Made by a program: the position numbers and the translations under genes. DNA of 64,000 bases, from positions 96,001 through 160,000 of IMG/VR virus record IMGVR_UViG_3300013426_000016; one strand, 5' to 3'. A model generated the notes under the pieces. That model was given only the letters and a program-made list of their open reading frames with translations. It searched no databases and had not been told where the DNA came from. Shown in pieces: positions 35,482 through 48,900 of this stretch. Source of the DNA: a virus (Duplodnaviria; Caudoviricetes). The first letter of the stretch is position 1. Each line of letters opens with the position of its first letter.

Positions 35482-36872
35482 TAATAGAAAATATATCTAC
35501 CGTCTTTTTCTACTCCATTTGGATCTCCGATATTATCCTGTATACAAACTATAGGTTCAGCCCACTGATCATATGAATAACCAAATGCATCTTGTGTAGC
35601 ATTAAAGAAGAAATGAAATGTTTGTGAACTATTTTTTGTTATAGTTTTTTGTGATGTTGCAATAGGAATTCTTTTATATGCAGCATACACACCTTGCCCT
35701 TCAGAGCCTGTAATAGAAATACCAGAAGTGGACTCCGCTCCATTTGTTATCCAAGAACGTTTTACTTCGTCAATAACATCGTCTCTGTTATTATCTGCCA
35801 CATGTTCAGACATCAAATACATAAAAATATTAGACAGAACGGCATCCTTAGTTGTGTTATTTTCAATACGAACATCTACATAAGTTTTACCATTTGCCGT
35901 ATAAATGCCGTTTGGAAAGCTGAAAGCCAAATAATTGGAACCGCGCGGTTTACTTATATTTATTTTAGCAGAAGAATACGAAGCTTCAGAAAAAGGCAAG
36001 GCATATACTCTGTAAGCATGAGAACTTAAATCCGTTTGCGCTACACATCCTCCTTTATATGATGTAGGAATTTCTCCATTAAATGCTTCTGCCAAATCAA
36101 TTAAACATAAATATGCTTGCGTAGAAATAGACCCACCTACAGCTAAATTCCTAAAAGGAGTAAATAACCCATCTGGATTAATTATAGACAGTGAAACCGA
36201 AGCACCTTCGTCAGCTCAGTCCACTAAATTATCTATAGTATCTGTAGAAAAAATATAATAATATTCAGTTCCAACTTTAAACATAAAGCATAAATAACAA
36301 TTTCGTAAACAAGTTTGATTAGCTGTTACATTCTGTGTTGTACCAAAATTAGGAAGCTCATCAAAATGAAGCTGTCCAGGACAACCAGATTTAGTTCTAT
36401 CTGTGAATCATACAGTTACACTGCTCGCTACGTTTGTTTGATGATTTGCTGAAAGATCTGATTCTTTACAAGGTCCTTCGCAAGAATGATCATATCCAAC
36501 CGTAGTGCTATACCCATTAGGATTAGCAAAATCATCTAATCTAGCATAATCTGTACCAGCTACTACGTGAGGATAAGTTCATAAACCACTTTCTCCACAT
36601 ACAGACATAATTTTTTCCGGTAAATCTGCTTTACTATTTGATCTCGCTGATTTTGCTTGTAATCCATAATTAGCAGCTTTTCTTTGTGCTTCTGTTAATG
36701 AAGATGGTGTATCTGTTAATCCTAAAGTAGAAAGTGCTATAGGCTTATATTTAGCCCATTTATTTATAATACTTGCTTTACATATAGAAAAAGTATCAGT
36801 AGCTGTACCAAAATAGTTGGCCAGCGTATTTACTCCTAAAGGAGCTTTAATTTCTCCATTTGAAATTCCCAT
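35481..36872 (-). CDS. Putative fibre-tip/adhesin-like protein B (463 aa with TGA=Trp)
   Basis: INKWAKYKP...YARLDDF...GY motifs. Three TGAs join two track ORFs. N-terminus paralogous to the 38182 gene. Confidence 0.65.
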
Positions 36873-36915
36873 AAATTAAAAATTTTACTTTTCCTATATA
36901 TAAAGCAAGCAATAA

Positions 36916-38182
36916 TTATCCAATAATAAGCGAACTATATGTACCAGACCAAGTGTCTCCTGTACCTGTCACCCAAGTCTTCTTTCCATCACCAGAAGCC
37001 TTTATGGTACCCTTGAAGCTATATAATACTCCTACTTCCGGAGTTCCCAAACCTAGTTCCTCACAACTTATACTGTATATAGGAGCGATGTTTGAATTAG
37101 CATTAACAGTAATTTCTTTTGTAACGGTTATCCCAAAATTTCCTTGTGAAGTATTTGTGATAGTAACAGAAAGTATAACAGACATGTCTTTCTTTTTGGC
37201 AAAAGAATAACTCCATCGTAATCCACTTTCACTCAGCCCAGCAATACTCAATGTAGGCTTAGGAGCAGATTGTGGAACAGTAAGCTTATATTGTAAACCT
37301 ACGCATTTATGTATAGGAAAAAATATTTCGTTTGAATATGGAGTAGATGGTAGCTCATATCATTTTCCATCTGTATGGGTTGCTGAGATAGCTACCATTA
37401 CTCCTATTGTAATCTTATAATTTCCGTCTTCGGTAAACACAGAAGGGTATTCTTCTAGCAGTTCGGCTAGATCCAGTTCAAATCCTTTATACCAATATGT
37501 GCCATCACAAAGACTTCTTATTGTATAGTTACTAACTTCTGTCCCCCCCCCCTATCTCACCCACACCACTGTCATCTTTACCCAGTTGGGTAGAAATGGA
37601 ATTTGTTGAAGCAGTAGAAAGTTTTCTTTCTGGCATCACACACCAATAGTTTCCTACTATACAAATAGGATATACTTTTTTAAATATATCTTTAACAGAA
37701 GTAGAAGCATCTAAGTTCTGTATCTGTCTAAATACTTCTATATAATCAATCCCATACTGGTTGGCTGTAGGAATGTCAAAAGTTACAAAGTCCCCGTAAC
37801 TCATACCCATGTTTAATGTTGTACCATAATTTTCATTTACAGTTACAGTGAGATTAGGAGCTGCTCCTTGGCTATATCCAATAAACTCTTCTAAGCGTTT
37901 ATAGCTACTATCAGTAGGTTTTTTATAATCAAATCCAAAACTATGTATAGATTTTGGTGCTGTACATTTTAATTTAACTGCCCATCAATATCCATCTGAT
38001 GTATCTGTTGTAGTCGAAGGCCTTGAAGGACTATCTGGATTAAATCCCGTAGGCTTTCATTTAGACCATTTGTTTATCGATCCTGCTTTACAAATAGAAG
38101 CGACATCTTTTGCAGTACCAAAATACTCTGCAAGAGTAGCGACTCCTAAAGGGGCAGTAATAAAACCTTGATTAACCGGCAT
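36916..38182 (-). CDS. Putative fibre-tip/adhesin-like protein A, frameshifted at a G10 tract (216 aa as written; 421 aa with G9)
   Basis: ATG at 38182, MPVNQGFITAPLGVATLAEYFGT...INKWSK-W-KP. Stops at TAG 37532 just after C10 (37543-37552). The adjacent frame is open from the tract to TAA 36916. Confidence 0.7.
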
Positions 38183-41100
38183 ATTCTTTTAATTTTTTAA
38201 TTTCATTTTCCAGCTCTGCTACCCTTCTTTTAAGAGCTTCTACTTTACTATCTTCTTCTTGTATTGCTGCTCCCAGAAGGGCTGTAGATGCAGCATAATC
38301 ATATGTTAAATGTCCTACACTATCGTGGGACTTGACTAAATATCCATAATCTCTATTCTCCTCTTCTTGTGCTATAATACCCATTGACAGTTGCATAGTA
38401 TCTTTCCATTTAAACTGTGTATAATGAGTTTTAAGCACATAATCCAGAGCATTCTTTATAGGACTAAAATCTGTCTTGAGATTTATATCTGAACTCGTAT
38501 CCTGTCCTCTTGCTGATACGTAACCACTTGAGTAAATACCAGTAGAAGAGTAGATAGTTCCTGTTGCTGAGATTGTACTTGAAGCAGATACTGCTCCTAC
38601 AAGAGTAGATGTACTTGCTATATATAGGGTTCCCACAGATACTATGTTTCCCATTTTGTGATTTGCCCAGGAAGTACTAGAGCCTGCTTGCCAGTAATAC
38701 TGTGCAATAGCTTTTCCTACTGTTGGTGCGCGATAGCCAAAGTACAGATTACCATTACTACTCCCTAACTCGAATTCATCTCCATTATTCATTGAGATAT
38801 CTACATACGCACCTTGATGTGTAAAGTAAACAGCTTGACCTTCTATATAAAATCCAACATTAGAACGGCTCCAACCAGAAACATAGCTGTCTCCTGCAAC
38901 GTTTAGTGCGTAGCTGGTAGATGGATAGCCAACATATACATTAGTTGCCTCTAAAGCCAATTTTCCAGAACCATATTCTATAATTCTTGATGTAAAATCC
39001 TCAGTACTCCCATTATAATGAAAATCTATATAGCCTCCGTGTCCTGTGTTACTACCCACGTTACTAAATTCTAAACCCTGCGTAGCAACCAGACCTGCTA
39101 CATTTAAACTTCCATATGTAGTAATTGAATCATTGAACCACCATTGATTCGTATGTCCCATGTATGCTGAGGCATTTGAATCACTACCATTCTTGGCAAT
39201 CCAGAAATTACCGTTGTTATTATGGATGCTCCATGTGTTGGTTGTGGTTCCGGACGATGATTTTAAATCATTTCCTCCCAGAACTATGGTGCTCCAACTG
39301 TTGTAAGGGTATATTCTTATACCTTCACGCCAGGAGGTCTTGTCTGCCTGTATCTCAAGCATACCTGTGATTTTTCCACCACTTAATGGTAATGCATAGT
39401 TAAAATAGTTGTTTTCACTCAATAACAGTTTCCAATCCGGAGATTGCGATGTGGTTCCACTCCGCACGAAAAGATTTCCATTAGTTGAATAAGGGAAATA
39501 TAATTGACCAAATGTATCCAATCCTCCATAAACGGACAAAAGTTGTCCATAGGCATATGCCCACGGCTGTCCACTCTGATTAAACATTCGCACCATCGCA
39601 GCCTTTGTTCTGTATACATCGGGGGAATTTGTACTGGAATCTACACAAACCACACTGTCTCCAATCCCATAACCAGACAATGTTGTAGGTCTGTTGACTA
39701 TCCTTGACCAGCTTATGTTGTCTGTAGTCAGTTGATTAGTTCTAACTATTTCGTCAGGTACTGTGGTCGTAGGTGCTATGGTCTCTTGACTGAAGGTTGA
39801 ACTCTCGGTGATTAACACGGGAACAGAACTATTACTAGTCCAAAACTCGTATTCCCCACCACCTCTCACATATACATATTCATTTGCAGAGTTAGTAAGT
39901 TGTCCGATTCCCCTAACTGGGTCAGTGCCACACCATGAATACGTGGACACATACACAGTTCTTGAAACGTTAGGTACAACCCCCCAATTAGATCCATATA
40001 CATCCCATACTTTCTTACATGTAAATCCAGATTCATGTGTAGCCCATGAGGGTTTGTTCTGTGAAAGGGAATTCGTTATCTCGATACGGGTTATCTTCCC
40101 GTATGCAGACACCTTTATAAGCACAGGATACCAAGTATTTTCATCTAATGCTGATGCATCAATTACAGTATACTTGTATCCTACATAATTAGCGTCATTA
40201 TTCAGTTGAGATACATTGGTGAGATTGTTGTTGTCCCATATTTTTCTCCATCCATAATTAGGGTTTCCATTGGTATTTCCCCCACGATAAAGAAAATTTC
40301 CGGCAGCCTCATATGGAATTATCAATTGTCCCCATGTATCGTTATTGGTAATATTCAACATCTCTCCATATACAGAACCATCTGGACGATCAGAACAATT
40401 ATCTGAAATATAATATGAAGTATTGGTAGTGAATTTTGTAAGTTTATTAGTACTTCCGCCCGCATTGAACAAAGTAGGCTTACTATTTACATTTGTCCAA
40501 TCCACTTTAATACTATAAGTCCCACCATCTTCTTGGACTATTCTGTACCAACTTCCCGGATTGCTGTTAACTACACTTCTATGCCAGAGAGAGTTGTTGT
40601 TTGGTGTCATAAAGAAGTCATGATAATAAGTACCTTTAGCCCATGTGAACCGCAAGTCCATTATATTTGCAGTGCCATTAGTCTCTGAAGTGCCAGCGGA
40701 AGTTGGATAGGACCAAACGTTATAATCTGCAATACTTCCAGAATAACTATTGTTTTTTGACGTGCCCTTTGTAATTTGGCCACATTTATATGACACTCCA
40801 TATAATGTACAATTATCCACATCTGGAGTTGATTGTAAATTATATGTCCTAGTAGAATGGTAAACAGAAAAATTCTTAGGATCATACACATACATGTTAG
40901 TCCCATCTTCTCCACCCCATAGCCATGTAGGTTGTCCATCATGTCCATACCAGTTGAAGGTCATTGGCTTAGAAACGTCTCCATTTCTGGCTAAAGTGGT
41001 TGCAGTAATTCCACCATTCCAATACCAGTTATATTCCCATATTGTAAATGTATATGTGTGTAGGTATGTTTGATATGTTCCTGTCAAATATCTAGGATAC

Positions 41101-44100
41101 CCTTCACTATTGTTTTCATGGGAATATTTGTGTATTATGCACCATCCTTGTGAATTAGGTTGACACCTGCCTATGAGTATCGCTTCTTTATTCTTATATG
41201 TTGCACCTATCCATTTACATAGTCCTTTAAAATATGAGTTATCATCGTTTATTTTATCTGAAGTATTGTATCCAAGACTTACCAGGTTGCCTGCATCTGG
41301 GAAATTACAATAATAAGGTATATGTCCATTTGTTAGTCCTACAGTATATTCAGTAGTTCCATCACCAAGAAAATTAGCGGTTCCTCCATTAGCAGGTAAA
41401 GTACTTGGAATATCAGTAGTCAATGCGATTGTCCCGGATGCTGCTGGGAATTTGAGTTCATATGTAATATTATTACTACCCGCATTATAATTCGCATCTG
41501 TAATATACACAAGACGCACCTGCTGATCGGATGTTAGCGTGCCCAAACTCCAGTCTCCAGCAGTTGTTTTCATAGACAAAATAGGATTCCAGGATCCTGT
41601 ACCATAGCTGTTCTTATACAAGGATGCATAATCTCTTGCTTGTACCCACATTCCTCCGGTTTTATTACTAACTATTCTACCGCTAGCATATATTTCAGAA
41701 TTAACGTCTAAAGTACCACTTAAAGTACCTCCAGATAAAGGTAGGTAACTACTTAAATCAGATTTAAGTGCTAAAGGAGCATTCTGTTTAGTACTAGTTA
41801 AAGCCGAAATAGCAGTAAAAGTAATGTTTCCAGAAGAAATTACTTCTACATTATCTGTACCAGTGGAATTTGCACCAACTAAAATTTCTATGCACCGAGC
41901 TAAGCTATCGGTTTCTGGTAAACACCACGTGTAATAACCGCTTGGTGTGACTAATTCAGTAAAACGGTTTCTTACAGTACCGTGTTCCCCATATCCAGTC
42001 CCAATAAGTACCATTTGCCTTCCACCATTATGTCCACATATACTTATATATACACTCGCCTCATCCTCATATGTAATCCGAACTCCTCTGTTTCCAGATG
42101 CAGGTATAGTATACAGAAACCTTTTAGTAGCACTTGATATATTTATTTTATTTGTATTTAAACTATTTAATTGGTCAGTTAACCCAGAGATATTTCCTAT
42201 AGGAATGTTCTTTAAATGATCTGAGTGTATTACTTTTGTACCATAAGTAGTATCAGTATTTGTAGTTAAAGTATTCCACATAGCAGAAATAGTACCTTCA
42301 CTAGTTCCTCCTCCACCAGAACCTGCTGAAGAATCACTTCCTCTTGCAGAAATAAATTTATCAGAATAAAATCCTACATTAGTATGAAGAGCACCATCTT
42401 TTAACTCTATGTAAGAAGTCCCATCACTAAAATATAATTTATTACCAAGAGTTAAATCCTTTGCTTTTCAGTCTATAGAAGTTGAATTAGAATTTCCTGT
42501 ATCATAAATCTTATAAGTATTAGTTCCTACGGTTATTATGGCATGTGTAGGGCTTCTAAAGAGTAAGGCAGCTGTTGTTCCTGTATCTAAACTTCCAACA
42601 ACAGTACGCTTATTAATAGTATCGAAAAAAATTAACCCTGTACTATAACCAGAATTACCATTTAAAAGAGCAGAACCATTACTCATTACGATATCACCTT
42701 GCATAGTACCTCCTGTGAGAGGTAAAGCATAATTACTGTAGTTTGCAGAATCTAAGACAGTATGCCAACCTTTCTGTATACCTCATTGTAAAGCTCGTAT
42801 ATAAAGATGAGTATCAGTATCGTTAAAAGTTTGAGCTATCTCTGTATAATAACCTTGAGAATTATTGTGTAAAATTTTAATACGATTGGTTCATGAACCA
42901 GAAGGTTGACCTCCAGAAGTATCTTGTAACACGCCTCCGTAAGCTCCATATGTAGCCTCTTTTAACCCTGTTGGGTTAAGCGTCCATGAATCTGCCGAAA
43001 GTGCGATATTTGCTTTATTTACCCAACCCGCTTCTACAAAATCTATATTAGATTTTGTACCAGTTGGAGTTGTGTTTGTAGTTATAGAAAGATCTTTATT
43101 AGTCCAATATCCTCCAGGTAAATAACAGGTACGTACAGTAAAAGCTAAGAATGGGTCATAATTATTAAAATCGTTACATTTAACCCAAAAATTCCAAGTT
43201 AAATTATCATCTGAAGTAACTCTAAATGTATGAAGTTTTGTACTGCCGAAATTAATTACGTGTGCAGAATAACTAGTTAAAACATTAGAAGCATCTTTGC
43301 GTAGTGTTAAAAACAACTGCCCTCTTTCTTGTATACTTTGACCTATTTCAAAACCGTTAACATCAACAACTATATAATTAGAAAAACTTGCTCCAGAAGG
43401 TAAAATTACAGTTAAAAAATTTTTTCAGTACCATGTTTGATATTGACTGATTCTTACATCTGAAGCAGTGCTATCTGCTTTAAATCGTGCCCAAGTATAA
43501 TACTTATTACTTCCTTCACCTACTTGATCTGTAGTTAAACCATTTACACTTATTTTATTATTAGAAATAGAAATGTTATCTCCAGCTGTATAAGTAGTAT
43601 TTACCCAAGGAACATTCACATAAGCAGCCCCATCTCCATTTAATTGTACAGGGTAATTCTGTCCAGAAGGAGTATATCCTATTTTAATTCCTCCTAAAGC
43701 ACTAACAGTAGCCTTAGGGAGTGTATATATAGTATCTGTAAGCTCTATAGTAGCATTTTCAGATTGGTTAAGTGTGAAAGAACCTCTTTTCTGTCCTGTC
43801 TGTGTAATAGTAATTGTACCATTTCCTACAGTAGGAATAGTAAATGTAGACCTTATATATTCTGCAAGTTTTGAAACTGGACGTCTTACATATGTCGTAT
43901 TCTGCGTCCCCCCATCTGCCCATTGCGCAATATAATAATCTGTACCAACAGGCACACTTTCTCCTGTATCTAATTTATTAATCGCAGCAGATAAATCTGT
44001 TATGCCAAGCCCTTGTCCAGTATTCCCCAGTCCCCCTTGTCCATCCACATCTACAGCTAAAGTAAAAATATCTTCTTTGCTCGTTACCGATAAATACTTA

Positions 44101-44249
44101 TCACTAACGGCCAATAACAGCTGATTTTCCTCATTTATCTTCCAATATATCTTATTACCATCTATAGAGAGACCCGTCACAAAGGATGGGCAATTCTCTA
44201 TAGCATTTCCATGCATATTTATACCATTTAAAAAATCTGTTTTTGCCAT
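38172..44249 (-). CDS. Long tail fibre with C-terminal peptidase S74-type intramolecular chaperone (~2025 aa; four track ORFs joined)
   Basis: TGAs at 43425, 42891, 42783 and 42468. Repeated LPLSGGT motifs. C-terminus SSDINLKTDF...GIIAQE...YDY...AIQE plus coiled coil. Confidence 0.8.
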
Positions 44250-44250
44250 A

Positions 44251-45909
44251 CTATGAAGTTGTATAGAAAGTTTTTATTACCAATTTATTTGTTGTGCTTA
44301 AAGTTACTCCGGACCAAGAAACTGTTGCTTTATTTGCAGCAGTAGAATCTAACAGAATACTACAAAAACATTCTATTCCATTGAGGTATGTTTTAATAGT
44401 CTTAATTTTATAAGTACTAATAAGTGTAATAGCCTTTGATGTGCCAGCAGTTAAAGTTTCCTCTTGACATTTGATAGAAGTTTTATCTGCATTAGAAACT
44501 GCTGTACTTATAGCAGTGTTAATTCCAGAAAGTTTTAATCCCCCTGTTCCTACAGTAAGATAACTTTCAGAAGCACTGTCTATTTTTACTGAAACAGTGT
44601 TGCTACTAACAGAAATACCATTTCCTGCAACAATAGAAGTTAAGAAACTAGCCCAACCACTTACTTTAATTTCTTGACCTGCTATACTTATAGTACCCGC
44701 AGTAGAGCCAGTAGCAATAGGAATAGAAACAATCTTACTAGAGTCTCCAGTATAAGATTTATTTCCTACCTTTATTGTTTCTATAGTATTTACCTGTGCC
44801 CCCTCAGCAATACCATTTAGTTTTGTTACAAGATCATCTGTAATACCAGAGTTAATAGCACTCCACTGAGTTGCTGTAAAAGAAGAATTATTCAGCACAT
44901 ATTCTTTTTTCCAAACATACTCTTCGTTTTCTACTGTATATTTATATCTAGCGTACTCCGGATTCCCATCTGAACTTGTTTCTATAACAAAAGCATAATC
45001 ATTAATTTTAAGATCAGAAATATCCTCTGTAGTAGGCAAATCCGATACTTTTTCATAAGTACCTCTAAAGGTAGCTGTATTAGTGCTTACAGAGCTATTA
45101 ATTTGATCTGTAACCCAAGATTGATCAGCTAACTTATTGGTCTTAGATGCTGTAGTTGGAATTTTAGATTTTATATCTGTAATTCCAGTAGTAAGAGCAT
45201 TTAACTGATCGGTTAAAAGATTAATATCACTTATTTCTAATGTAGGGAGGTGAAGTTTAGCTATTTTATATTCTTTATAAAAAGCAATATCCTCATTGGT
45301 ATCTACATTATCATTTCGCAGAGATTCCCAAACTAAAGCCAGAGATGTACCTCCACCGCTTCCAGCAGTATCATCTTTACCCCTAGCACTAATAAACTTG
45401 TCTGAGTAAAATCCAGCATTAGTGTGAATATTACCGTCTTTATCTATTTCAAAATAAGGTTTGACTGCTCCGGTAGAAGGATTTTCTGGAAGATCGAATG
45501 TTATTGTTCCTCCTATAGATTTGTCACCATCAAAAGAATTTCCTCAAAGATTTACTGCTTCTTTTAGTTTAAGTGCTGTTTTTGCAGAACCGTTATCAAA
45601 GTATCCTTGTACTGTCTCTAAAGCCATTTTAGAAGCAACGTCTGAAATATTAATTGTGCCATCAGCGTCAGCTTTCCAAGTATCTACTTTTTCTCCATTT
45701 TTTTGTATAGTAAGAGTACCTATATTAGGTATATCTGAAGTAAATGCAAAGGTTTTTGCTACATTATCGGTGATTCCTCCGTAGTATTTACCACCAACAT
45801 AGACAACTCTTCCTGCAAGCAAAGTACCTGGAACCTCAGTGAGAGTATCTATTTTAAAGTTTTTTATTTCGTGGTTAAATAAATTTATATCTGTTAAAAA
45901 TTGTGACAT
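44251..45909 (-). CDS. Tail fibre protein (552 aa with TGA=Trp)
   Basis: VNL-W(TGA)-GNSFDG fibre motif, SARGKD module and KLNGIAEGAQVN motif. Confidence 0.75.
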
Positions 45910-45913
45910 ACTG

Positions 45914-48900
45914 TTATACTATATAAACTCTTCCTGAGGATAGAGAATCCCCGCCTCAAGAAAGAGAAAGATTATTTTCATCTGTATATGTAATTCTTAC
46001 AAACACTTCTTCTCCTTTAGAATCGATTGTTGTTACAGAAGGTCTTTTTCCTAAATTATGACTTATGTTCATAATATAAGTAACTCCGTCTTCTTGTAAC
46101 GTTCCATTTATAAGATATTCTTGGCTAAAAGCTGTGCCTGTAGGTAAATTTTCTTTTGGTATTTTATTGTTCTCATCTAAAGTGGGAACATTTATATTTC
46201 CTTCTCCAAGTAAAGACTCATTATTAATTGTCTTTATATTAGAACCACTGACAAGTTTTTCTTGCTTAGCTGCTAGAGTGTTACCAAGATTTAAAATCTT
46301 TTCTATTGGAATACCTTCTGGTATATGTGCAACATTAATAGTTACATCTAAAAAAGGATCCTGGTTTCTTTGTAATGCAGCTCACATTTCATCCTCTGAA
46401 AAACTTCCTCCACTTCCACCAGAACTTCCTCCAGCATCTTTACCACGAGCAGAAATAAATCCTTCAGCCCATAAGCCAGAATAAATAGGATTTAACTTTA
46501 AAGTCTTCGTACCATCTGTTTCTGTCTGTATTAAGAACATTTCAGAAGCAGTATTTCAAGTAGTTTTATCAGCTTCAGTTAATAAAGAATAATTCTCAGC
46601 AAAAGTAAGTTCTAATGTGCCACTACTTGTAATAGGACTTCCTTCAACAACAAATCCTTCTGGAACAGAAAGCGCAACACTAGTTACAGTTCCTTCTGGA
46701 ATAGTAGGTTTATTAACAAGATCATTATAGTCTCCAGTAGTAGCTACTGTTGCAAGATCACTTAAAGATACTTTACTAGAAATAAGAGTATTTAAATCAG
46801 ATAGAGTTTTAGATAGATTATTAATTTTATCCATACTTAATGTTGGAATATGACCAGCATCAATAGTATGATTTATAAAATCACCTTCATTTTTCTCTAA
46901 AGCTGCCCACATAGCTGCTTCAGAAAATCCACTACCACTTCCTCCAGCGGTAGTATCCTGCCCTCTAGCAGATAAATATCCTTCTGTTCATAATCCTTTA
47001 TATTTAGGATTTAATTTTATAGAATTATCCTCTTGGATTAAGAACATTTCAGATAAAGTATCTATAGTTGTTTTATCATCCTCGGTAAGTAAAGAATAAC
47101 CACTCGATAATGATACCCCTATAGTACCAGAAGAAGTTATAGGAGAATTTGTTACACTAAAGCCTGTAGGCATAGAGAGTCCCACACTAGTAACAGTTCC
47201 TTTGGGTCCTGCATTAATAGCGTCGCTAATAGTTTGTAAATCCCTCTCTAAGTTTTCAATATGACTTTGGGGAACATTCTGTATGTGAGCATTATCAATA
47301 GCAGTACTATTATATGCATCCTCTACTGCATTTGTTAGAGACTTCCATACTGCATCTATATTTGTTCCTCCCCCACTACTACCCCCACTGGTATCTTGGC
47401 CTCTAGCAGATAAATAACCATTAGTCCAAGTACTATAATTAAACTCAACAGAGTCTATTTCAGAAGTATCCTCACCATTAGTATCTTTCTTAAAGTGTAT
47501 AGTAAAGATTTTACTCCAAAAACCAAACTCAGCTTGTACAGAGAGAAACATGCCCACTATCTGAGAAACCAGGGTATCTCCCATAGTTACATCATCGCTA
47601 ATAGTTAGTTTAAATTCTCCATCAGCGTCTTTTCCTCAAGAAATCAATCCTCCTCCTACTCCACCATAACCATTTTCATCCCAATATATGTTTCCGCCCG
47701 CTTCATAGCCAGAACCATCGTGTCTAAATATGGTCATGGCATAATCGTCTGCATCATAGGTAAAAGTAGAATCTTTTTCCGCTTTTGCTTTTAGGACATC
47801 TAAATCTTCCATAGGTCCACCATACCAAGCAGCAATAGCTTTAGGATTATAAACTCCATCTACAGTGTCTATACCACTTATACCAGCAGTAAGTATATTT
47901 TTACCTTCAGAATCAACTCCTTTCGTATTTCCCAAGCCTATTCAATTAGTAAGAATAAGACCTCCAGAAATAGTAGTAGTTCCCTTTTCAAGGGCTTCTT
48001 TTATATAACCATAATTATCATTTAAATAGGTCTGAGCAGCTTTATATATAGCCTGTTCTATATATTGATTTGTTTTCTCTACTTCTGTGCTATATGCTCC
48101 TAAAGCCGAATTAAAGCTATTATATGCTGTCTCATAAGCTGTAACTAAAGTAGCTAAATTAGAATTAGTTTCATTAACCTTAGTAGGACCTTCATTTATA
48201 ATAGCTTGTACAGCAGCTTTTAATACTTGGTAAGCTCCTGTATTTTCTTTATATAAAACTAAGAAAGCATTTGTTAAGGCTTCTTTTGTCGCAGTTGCTT
48301 CAGTAGTTCCTAAATACTCATTTTTAATAAGAGTTCCATAACTATTAACAACATCTTGCATTTCACTAGCAAGAGTTTTTAAATAAGTTTCTAAAGAACT
48401 TATTTCATCTAAAGTAAGAACTCCATCCTTTAAAGCAGTACTTAAATAATTATTTATCTTTCCAGCAGCACTGCTAGCTTCTCCTGCTTCTTTCTTTGCT
48501 TCTCGTGCAATTAAAATAGCTTCTGCTGAAGCGTGATCCGCAACTTCCACCCATTGGTAGGTTCCGTCTTTAACTGTAAATCGATATGCAGAACCTTGTA
48601 AAGTACCCTCTACTATATAATATAAATCACCGTAATGGGCATTATATGTATCATCATAATCAGCAACCACATAAGCAGTACCGTTCCATTTAAATGTAAT
48701 GCTTTGGTAGCTTCCTATAGTTCTTATTTTGTAGTAAGTATTTGTATCTGGAACTATAGCGTTTCCAGAACTGTCTTTTAACCAAGTAGCAGATTTTTCA
48801 GTTGCGCCTTCTACTATATAGGCATCTAAGCAAGGATACCATTTATTTGCTGGCCAAGAACTTAAAGTAGGTAAAGCATGCTTACTTGCAGCTGGATTAT

